Below are positions 53,677 to 64,000 of a stretch of 64,000 bases of DNA, piece after piece (the stretch's first letter is position 1; every line of letters starts with the position of its first letter). Source of the stretch: Somniosus microcephalus (lineage: Eukaryota); the NCBI GenBank assembly GCA_052327205.1, contig CM126212.1, positions 209,250,001-209,314,000 of the forward strand. The letters are read 5' to 3'. A model generated the notes under the pieces. That model was not told the DNA's origin. It saw nothing but the letters and a program-made list of their open reading frames with translations, and made no database searches. The position numbers and the translations under genes were made by a program.

Positions 53677-55034
53677 CTGTAACAAACAAAGCCATCCCAC
53701 TGGAGCTCATTAGAAAGAATAGATCTGATGAGACAATGAGCTTCTCACTCTCACCATTCACAGGAAAACTGCCTCCACTCTTCCAGCTCCAATTACTTAT
53801 GTCAGCAATTTGTGCTCGAAGTAACAATTTCTCAGAAAATAATGTCAGTTTTTATTAGTCAGCCACTGCCCTCGACACCTTCAAGCAACCACATTGGTTT
53901 TTTTTTAAACGTAATACAGCCAGACTAATGATTAAATAACAGTGACAAGTTAGGGGGAGGTAAAGACAATTAAAAATTAAATTGGGTCGCTGACCCCATT
54001 GGCGAAATAATCTCTGGACTAATCGTCATCTCTAAAATTGTTACACAATTTATAAGAAATAATTAAATAATTTGACCCTCAGTAGAATAATTGTACTGTT
54101 ACTGGTTAAGAACATTAATAATGTAATCATTGATCATGATTCATTATTCTGTAAACATTATAATATGTCCCTTTCCAAATTATTGCAAAAATCAATGTAA
54201 TGTTCAGGGCACATTCCAAAACAATTAATGTTAAATATACAAAAACCTCATGGTGAAAATAATGAGATAGATTTCATTTGATCTGATTATATTTAATTGC
54301 CTCCATACAGTTTCAATTTTATCTTGTGGAAACTTGCATTATATTTTTCTGAGCAAATTTCAAACCTTTCGCTGATAAATATGGGCAGAATTACAAACAT
54401 TCAGGCCTTTAATGATTTTCAAAGCATATGTGTATCACTTCTTCCAACATTTGGTGTACTGCACACTACCCTCACAAAGAAGCTTTGCCTAATCCCAGCT
54501 TGCTTTTTGTATTTATTTTCTGGTCATTGTGAAGGACAAATAATTCTCAGGTGGTGTGGAGGTTAAGAGATTAGGAAAGATAAATAAAACATCAGGAAGT
54601 TAGACTGACTGAGTCTTCAACTACTGTTTAACCATGTGCATTACGCAACTGAACTACAAATAAAGTGCAAACCAGAAATAATGTGCAATGCTTTTCAAAA
54701 TGAATCACTGTTCCTTTTCCTAACATTTTTGTACCTATTGTATATTAAAAATGGTGAGTGGATCACAACATTCTATCTTGAAATACATTGGAAACCTAAT
54801 GAGAAAATCCATATTCTTTTGCAATACCTGTTATGCTTGTAAGTGACAGATGATTGGCATTTATAGCGCAAATGCCTTGTCACAGTAATGTTAAGAAGGT
54901 GCGAGGACATTGCACAGGATCACAATATGTACCTCTGCAGCAGCAAGTGATCTCCAGCTGGAAGTTAGATTATGATGTACCATCTCAGGCTTTTAAGAAC
55001 CCACTTACTGTCATAAGAATATTTCTAACTTGTA

Positions 55035-55357
55035 CAGGAAACTTTGGTTTATCCGGAGGTTATATGTCCGGAATACTCGATCTAACGGCAAAAATCAGGA
55101 GCCGTTTTCTATATGTTTTTTTAGTTCTCGTTGCTTTTTTTTTTCCAGTCAAGCACTGCAAAGTCTGTAGCTATAGCAACAGCTTCAGCTACAGACGCTT
55201 GCAGCTACAGCCGACTGTTTTGAAGCTGTAGGGTTTGTTGATTCACACGGAGCTTCTCAGTTCCGTATGTTTAAACATTAACTCTGGTATGTCCGGCACT
55301 TTTGATGTTATGGCACCAGCTCGGTCCCGTCAGTGCCGGATATCAGAAAGTTTCCTG
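55035..55357. mobile_element. Tc1/mariner (Tigger-like) MITE
   Basis: TA-CAGGAAACTTT...TATCCGG and CCGGATA...AAAGTTTCCTG-TA; TA target duplication. Confidence 0.75.
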
Positions 55358-58029
55358 TACTTTATCGTCGAGTGCAGAAGCCTGAGGTACCGGCAGAATC
55401 TTATCCATCCCTTGCTAATGCTTTTGTTGTTGGTTAATTTCAATTCCACCCTTAAGATGCCAGTAAATTGTCCCTCATGACTAGAAAGCAATTTCATGCC
55501 ACAAATTCCAGCAGAACAAAAACGGTTATAATTTTCTCCAGCTGGCAATCCTCCCCCCCGCCCCGCCCCCGAGAATGAGGGTCAGATAGTGTGCAACATT
55601 ACATAGAGAATCTTTCTGAAGTGTGCTAATCCACCAAACACAGAAGAGACATTTGGCCGTTGCCCATGGGCAATGGCCATCGACTGACCAGGAAAGGGTT
55701 AAGCATCGTCACTCCTTCCTTCCAGTCCCAGGTAATTATCCTGGACCAATGACGCCTGCCTGCACCCGCCCCTTCATGAGTTCAAATGTGGGAATAGTGC
55801 CCGACTGTCCCTTACCCGTCCACCACCACCCCCCGCCCACCATTTAAGCAACTAATCATGCCTGTGGGAATGTAGACTGAAACACCCTCCTCCCCCACAT
55901 TGCAACTAGATTGAGCCCGAGGAAAGCTAACCCACCACAATCTCCCTAACCCCCCTACTGAGCATATAATTGGAGCCTGGGGAAATGTACACTCAATCCC
56001 CCAACAGAATTTACTGCCTCCAGCCTCCCCTACTTACTCATCCACATCCTTCCCTCCTGTTCTCTCTGATATGATCTTATTCCTACTTCCATTTCTTTTT
56101 CCCCACTCTCCCTCCTCCTGTCCCCATTCCCGCTCCCCAACCACCTTGACCATTCCCTTTTTCCCATCCTCTCCCCATCTCACTTCCTTCCCGTTCCTCC
56201 TTCCATAGGAACATAGAAACAGAAGTAGGCCATTCAGCCCCTTGGGCTTGTTCCACCATTCAACTAGATCATGGCTGATCTGTTCATACATGAAGAATTG
56301 CCTTTTAGATGAGGTGCCAGAGGGCACTCGGTATCTGTGCAGCAACACCCCAGTAAGGTGCCAACACCTTGGGAAAAGGAGAGAGGCAAGGAAACTGGCA
56401 GAACAAAAAAGTGTGGCACTGCTAAGATTTCAGTGTGCTGGCAATTAACGTGCCCTGGGAGATCCAATTATTTCAAATGCAAAGCACCATTTGCACATTA
56501 ATCGGCAAATACGCACTATTATGTGCCTAAGTGCAGTGGCAGACTGAACTTCAGAGCAAACCTGCCACGGGCAGGGATAGCCCTGCTGATGGGAATGAAC
56601 TACATCATTAAATACTCCTTTCATATAAGAATGGCCTAGGGCACAGTATAAAATAATCTGAGAAAAGCAAGCATGGCGAGGTGCCCTTGCAAGTGAGCGA
56701 GAACCAGACAGAGGAAGGGTTAAGTGCGGAGGTTCCACATGCACTTGCCCCTGACTTCATTGTTGGTGTTGGTTGCAAGCCTTGTTTATGCAGTGCTTGT
56801 ACCGATGAACCTGCAGATAAAGCAGGTCAATATGTTTTCCTCCAGCAACTTGAAATCTACCTCTTAAATTCAGTACTTCTACAGTCACACTAAAAAAAAA
56901 CTTACCGATAATATTCCCCATAGAACTTAATCTTGAAGATAAACAGTAATATGGGAATCTTCACACCACACCCACTGGTTAATTATGTTACTTTAGGAAA
57001 AGCTGCCATAAAACAAAAGCTGGCCTAGAAATGCTATGAGATTATCACTACCCCTTTGGGAAATGGCCGTTCCTTGAAGGGCTTTGGCAATCAATTTCCT
57101 GTGGGTAATGCTGGCATCAGATCAGCTTCGATCATTGTTAAGACTTATGTAATGTTGCACACTATCTGACCCTCATACTTTCCTGATATGTCGGGCACGA
57201 CGTGTGTTATTTGGTCTCCTGTTCTCTTATCAGCTGACAGAACAACAAATTTTCCTTCGTGCTTTTTATTGAAATGACCCGTTTCAGTTTCAGTCTGTCA
57301 GGGCTGTTGGAGGAAAGGCAGATCTTTCATATAACGCAGTCATCAATTTCTCTGCTCGACTGGGAGCATGTTTTACAATTTAACCTGTCATGTATAATGG
57401 GTTGGATTTTTTTCCCACATTCATAATGCATAAGGTGTAAATTCCTTTCAAAGGACGTTTCCACTTATCCGTTGAAAATCTGAACAAGAGCAACGTCTTT
57501 TTTATTCGCTGAATAAGGTTCCGAGAGAGTTAACACTGTACACCTGTTGTGCACATTTCTGTGTTACCTACCTAGTGTGAACATTTTCAGAACTCTGCAT
57601 TTTGATGTACAACAACCACTAATGTGGAATTCGGCAGCGAGTATAAACTACTCTTCAATTTCATTGCAAGTATCTTCATATTAAAATGTTGTATGCAGGC
57701 AACCATTTATAGAATAGGTGAAACTCATTAATGAGGCACCTACTGAATTGTACAAGAGCACAGGAGATCTATTCTGATTGCGGCACAATCAGGTTATTTT
57801 TTGACACTGCCTGATGTCCATGTGTTTATTGAAGTATTAGCAAATTTTAACTTTCTGAAGATTGAGATAAATAATTTGCAAATTCACTGACATAATCAGA
57901 GTGATCCCAATGATTAACAGCAAGCTCTTGTATTTACGCAACCCTATATATAGGGAGGGAAACTGAAAACTCTCTTCTATCTTGTTGACTTTCAAAATGG
58001 TTGTCAAAATTCTCTGACAATCGCAACAG

Positions 58030-58527
58030 CTAATCCAAAACTCTGCTGCCTGTATCTTATCCCCACACCAGGTCTCACTCACCCATCACACCCGTCCTTA
58101 CTGATCTACTGTGTCTCTCAGTCCCCCAATGCCGTAAAATTTAAAATATCCATCCTCGTCTTTGAATCCCTTCAAGGACTCTCCCCTCCCTATCTCTGTA
58201 ACCTCCTCCAACCCTGAATTCTGAATCTATCTGATTCTGGCCTCTAGTGCATCCTTCCCCCCACTCGCACACCCTCCCCACTCTCTGTTTTCCTCTCTGT
58301 TGGTTGCCACGCCTTCAGCCGTCTAGGCCCTACACTCTGGAACTCCCTCCCTAAATGTCTCAACCTCCGTCTCCTCCTTAAACCTACATCTTTGACCAAG
58401 CTTTTGGTCACCACTCCCAACATCTCCTTTTCAGGTTTAGCATCCATTTTTGTCAGATTATACTTCTGTGAAGTGCATTGGAAGATTTTTCGACATTAAA
58501 GATGTTGTTATAAATTTAAAGTTGCTG
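58030..58527 (+). mobile_element. Older L2 3' fragment
   Basis: Homologous to 32520-33012. Confidence 0.75.
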
Positions 58528-59455
58528 TTATCCAAGTTAAGATCATCTGTGCAAATCAAGGATTCAAACCTGGTCTCTGTGACTTAAAAAAACCACACTG
58601 CATGACATGTTTACTCATTGCGCTATTGGTGAGACCAACAGGATTTCGAACAAATGTAGAGTGGGAACTAAAGCAATGAGACTGGAAGCCAAGGTACAGG
58701 GAAATTAAAGACATGAGAGAAACAAAAAGATAAGCCAAGTAAATAATCAATATCACATGTAAAATTTGCTGCACTTTGAGCACTGTGTATTCTTTCCTGC
58801 AATTTGTTGGCAATTTTCCTGAATATGCATACCTTAGATCAAACTAGGTAAATAGTTTAATTGTTTCCATATTTTCCTTGGTGATTCCGAGACACTTGCA
58901 TACACAGAGAACCACAAGGGAAAGCCCCAAAGAAATACAGGAAAATACATGAAAAAAGTATTTCCAGCACAATTCGGCCAAAATCGGCCAAACCAGCGCA
59001 AAAGATCAAGGAATTTCAAACGCAAATTACATCCAGCGCAAATCGAGTTTCCGCGATCTTTTGCACTAGTTCAAAAAAGTGGAGGACTAGACACTCTGAT
59101 TAAAACTGCTTTTTAAAAAAATGATAAACTCATTTTCAGCTGTATTTAAAAAAACTGTGCCAAGTTACTACTCTTAAATATATCAAGAAATATTTTTTAA
59201 TGCAATTTTTAAAAATTATGTTATAAACCGCTGCCTGATTGCGCTGGTTCATGGAAGATTTTATGTTCGACAATATGCAAATGGGTTTGAGCAGAAACTT
59301 GAGCAAAAAATTCACTTGCAAAACTAGCGCAATTTTGAGCGCAATTTGCACCCAGATAGTCGACTGCACCTGAAGCAGAAACTCTTGGCCATAGTCTTAT
59401 GCACCTTGTAGACATGCTTACCCAACACTAATTAGAATAAAACACAAAACAATTA

Positions 59456-59719
<264 letters not shown>

Positions 59720-61356
59720 CTAAAAGTTAAAAAAAAATTATTTTAAAAGTTTTGTTAAGTTAGTCATTCAAAACAAAACCTACGCATATGTAATAAGGTC
59801 AATGTTTTTACCATAACTCTAAAACAACAGTTACAAATTACACTGAATTACTTTTGTTTTTATGGGTTTTGTTTTTGCTCATTAAGATAAGAGATGTCAA
59901 GCTGGAACACTTTTCATTTTTCTATTTCAGGCAACTAGTGTCAACAAAAACCTCCAGATGAGGTATAGTATGGCCAGATGCAGACCCCTACCCAACAATG
60001 TGCCGCCATCTTACCTTAGTGGTTTGGCCCAATGCGTCAGTGCAACATTTCCATATTTTACACCAGCCATCCTTACGACAGCACTGAAAGGGATTGCCAA
60101 TTTATGCCAAATTGAAAGATGTGTTCTGCTCTGAAGCCATGCCCTCAGAAATATGAACTTGGTTGGCACGATACAAATTTATTTGGACTTTTACAACTAG
60201 TAGGAGGCAGAGACTTTGGGATGATTCTGAACCTAGGTCTCTTGGGTTAGAGGCTATACTGGTACCCAGTGTGCCAGCCAGTCCCAGTAAACTTGTATTT
60301 TATAGTATATACCTTTAATGCACCTTAAAAATGCCCAACAAATGTTCCATATGTTGGTTGGTGTATTTTATTGATCATGGCGATATTGGCAACGAATGGC
60401 ATAGATTAGACCACTGCACCCCAACCTTCCAATTTATGCCAACGTTTGCTGAAGAACTAATTAGAATATGCTGCAGTGTGTATAGCATCAAATCAGAGGC
60501 GGTGTGGTCAATGGCCAATGAGTTGATCCCACTGCCAATGGTGCGTCTGGCCTGTAAAGTGACAACAGAGGGCATCCAGCAATCACAGAGTAGAAGGAAA
60601 TAAATTCGCACACAAAAATCCCCAGATGATGAATTTTCAGTCTCAGCATGGCTGCTGTGGGAGATGTCAAACAGAAGTCAGGCTCCTCGCCATAGGAATG
60701 GAGTGAAAATAGCCTCAGGCACATCAATCCCAAAAACTCTTGTGCTTCCCGGTGGCTGGTAAGAGTGGCACTGGCACAGTCCTGGAAAGAAACTACTGCC
60801 AAACCTCTTGGCCATGGAAAGGTGGAAAAGCATGGCACAGAGTAGAGAAATTAAAAGGCTTAAATTTGATTTCAATGGGAAAAAAAATCCAAGTTCAGAA
60901 AGATTAGTTATTTTAATTTCCCCAGTATATTATTCAATGGGAGATGGTGTCCTGTAGTCTTCTTATATATTAATAATTTAAACCAGATTGTTAAAATATG
61001 GTTGATTTTGCCATGACTAAAGGCATTACATAAAAATTTCAAAGTGCAGTGCAAAACAGCACAAAATGTGTAATTAAATATGACTAACGACACAAAACCA
61101 ATTGACAAGACACGTCCAGCCACTTTATCAGTGCTGGTCATCACTTCAACCTCCTGCAAATACTGAATACATTCAGTCACTTACTGATTAAATCAGAAAG
61201 TTAAAAGGAGCTGTGCAGTGTGCTGATTAGAGGTTGTCATGGTACACATTTCTTTTCTACTATAAATGTCTTAAGCATAACAGGCTTAATATTATCATAG
61301 ATTATTTCAAAATGTGACATGTACATTAAAAAAATAAAGCTAAGTTGTATTTTTCA

Positions 61357-61900
61357 TTTCTTCTTCTTAGGCAGTCCCTCGGAACCGAGGATGACTTGCT
61401 TCCATATTAAAAATGAGTTCGCAGGTGACTGATGAGTCAAATGCGGGACCTACAGTCTCCGTCACAGGTGGGGCAGATGGTGGTTGAAGGGGCGGGTGGG
61501 TGGGGTGCTTGGGTTGACGTGCGCTCCTCCTTGCGCTTGCTCCCGGCGAAGAGACTCGAGGTGTTCGGCGCCTTCCCGGATGCTTCTCCTCCACTTTGTG
61601 CGGTCTTGGGCCAGGGATTCCCAGGTGTCAGTGGGGATGTTGCACTTTTTCCAAGGAGGCTTTGAGGGTGTCCATGAAGCGTTTCCTCTGCCCACCTGGG
61701 GCTCTCTTGCCGCGCTGGAGCTCCGAGTAGAGCGCTTGCTTTGGGAGTCTTGTATCGGACATGCGGACGATGTGACCCGTCCATTGGAGCTGATCGAGCG
61801 TGGTCAAAGCTTCGATGCTGGGGATGTTGGCCTGAGCGAGAACACTGACGTTGGTGCGCCTATCCTGCCAATGGATTTGCAGGATCTTGCGGAGACAGCT
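61357..61900 (-). mobile_element. RTE-clade LINE 3' end
   Basis: CLRKILQIHWQDRRTNVSVL...WTGHIVRMSDTRLPKQALYSEL..GKRAPGGQRKRF; (AGA)n tail. Confidence 0.88.
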
Positions 61901-63642
61901 GTGACTAACAGCCAACTGAGCAATCAGAGAGGCTAAGGCAATGAATGGCTGAGCCATACAGGCCAGGAAGACCTCGAGCTCGATCACCAATCTGTGGAGA
62001 GTTCACTGATTTCAGTAGGTTGGCAGTAGGGCTGCTACAATTGGCCTCGAGCACTCCTGGTTTAGGGAGGGGAAAATTAGTCAGAGTTCCAGCTCCTGAT
62101 TGTTACTCTTGCTGGAAGTGTGGCTATCAAATGAGTACGGGGCCGGGGTTGGTTATGGTGCTCCTCACAGTTGAATAAACTGCCAATAATTACGGGGTGA
62201 ATTTCTGCAGACATTCTCCTCCTAATCTGTTCTTGCCTTATTGGAAACCAAAAAAACTTAATCAAAAATAGAAAATTGCCTGAAACGTATCATATTCATT
62301 TTATAACCAAGTTATCTGTGCTGATTTATTAATGTGGCACTGTCTACCACAGTAAGGCAGCTACCATTGAAATGTTTGGGTTTTAAAAGCCGAAAGACTG
62401 TATGAGGTGGGAAAAACTGAGGCAGATAAGGGCCAGGAATTTCCTCGGAGCTGCTGCCACTCTTCCAACAAAGTTATGACAGAAACCGCATTTATACGCG
62501 TAAACGATGATTCTGCGGCACTTCCGGTGAAGTTATGGAAGTGAAACAGGAGCAGCTCTAACAGGATTCTTGGATAAGGAGTTTTGAGATCCTGAGAAAG
62601 AATGTTAGAGTAGGAGACTGCTGGATCTTGATTTCAACACCATGGGAGGTAGGGAACAGGAAGAGTTTGTAGGACTGCACCTTTGCAGCTTGAAAGGACC
62701 AAAAGAGCAAAGCTTATAAATGTACATTTTGTTGATTCAACAGCCTTCATTATTTGCCATATAACAGACAAAACTAATTACGTAATCTAGTTAATCCAGT
62801 TTTATTTCTTATAATGTACAACAAAGAACCACAAGCATATATTAGGTTATTTGTGGACATTTTTGAGTTTTATTTTATACTTGTGATTGGTCTGGCGTGG
62901 CTGAGAAAATAGCTTAGGGTCTTTCACTGAAGCCTTACAGAAATGGACTGGATTGTTGAAGATTCTATTCTGTATAAGAGTGCAAGCACACAGAAGAAAA
63001 AGTTTAAAATAACTATTACATACATTACATTACAACTAGAACCATAAAAAGTAACTTTTCTACTAATTATTGCCATGTACATAATAAAAATACAAAACAG
63101 AAATAACAGTGGAAAGCGCTGAATTTTGGTCTTGCATTGCTCCCTAAGGAAGATCAATGTGCACCCCTCAATGTTGTATTTATGAAAACAAATAATGGAG
63201 CTGGTCCTATTACAGGAGCTGCATACCATGTTTTAAATGTAGTTTTCATTCTAGTTTTTTTTTTAAATGTTGTTCACAGGTTATCAGCAACACCATGTTT
63301 ATTGTCCATCCCCAATTGCCCCAAGAAGGTGGTGGCGAGCCTTCACCTTGAACTGTTGTCGTCCCCTTGGCCATGTTAAAGTCCATTAGGAGTCAACTGG
63401 AGTCGTGTGTATGTCAGATCAGGTCGGGGAAGCAGGCTCCCATTAGTGAACCAGTCTGGTTTTTACAACAATCCAGCAGCTTTCATGATCGTTTTTCAGG
63501 TGTCAGATTAATCTATCCAAATTAACTGAATTCAGTTTCATAATTTCCCAGGGTGGGAATTGAATTCATGACCATAACCACTAGGTTACTGTCCTCCCTT
63601 GCACATTTAGGTAAAATTATAAACAGGACGATTTCACCTTCT

Positions 63643-63920
63643 TGATTACACCAACACTATATACTGGACTCACACCAAAACTATATCTATCTAACTATCT
63701 CTCTCTATTTTATATGTATATATATCTCAACACTATATACTGTGATCACACCCCACAAATACATCACACTATACGTACTAGAATTACACTAAAACTATAT
63801 GGTGGAATTATACCATACTATATACTGAGCTTAACCCAACACTATACACTGGGATTTCACCAACACTATATAATAGGATTGCCCACACTATATAAGGGGA
63901 TTACACCAACACTATATGGT
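63643..63920 (+). repeat. Degenerate tandem repeat with TTACACCAACACTATA core
   Basis: Core recurs about eight times with variable spacers. Confidence 0.6.
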
Positions 63921-64000
63921 GTTAACTCAACACCTTCTGCCATTTCCCTGCGAAATCCTAATGACCTAATCTAAACCATGTGTTAGCCTCTATCACACAG

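Noticed and set aside
58546-59353. Possible further MITE ending AATTTGCACCC
   Set aside because: The left terminus and TSD could not be established.

Overview
Vertebrate genomic DNA, most likely from a cartilaginous fish (inferred from the CR1/L2/Penelope/SINE repeat types). The minus strand carries the 3' half of a plasma-membrane Ca2+-ATPase gene, best matching ATP2B2/PMCA2: eight constitutive coding exons, two alternative splice-site-C exons and a long 3' UTR. The introns hold many CR1, L2, RTE and Penelope fragments, SINEs and MITEs. The main accessory feature is an apparently intact, young, autonomous PIF/Harbinger DNA transposon (22043-26571). It has 17-bp perfect TIRs, a TAT target duplication, a DDE transposase and a convergent three-exon Myb/SANT gene. 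It is inserted into a ~3.6-kb 37/40-bp satellite that appears to have been seeded from an old CR1 LINE 3' end. Several Harbinger-type MITEs and two Penelope-type minimal hammerhead ribozyme motifs are also present. Coordinates were read by eye. Exon and TIR boundaries were checked base by base; old repeat boundaries are approximate.
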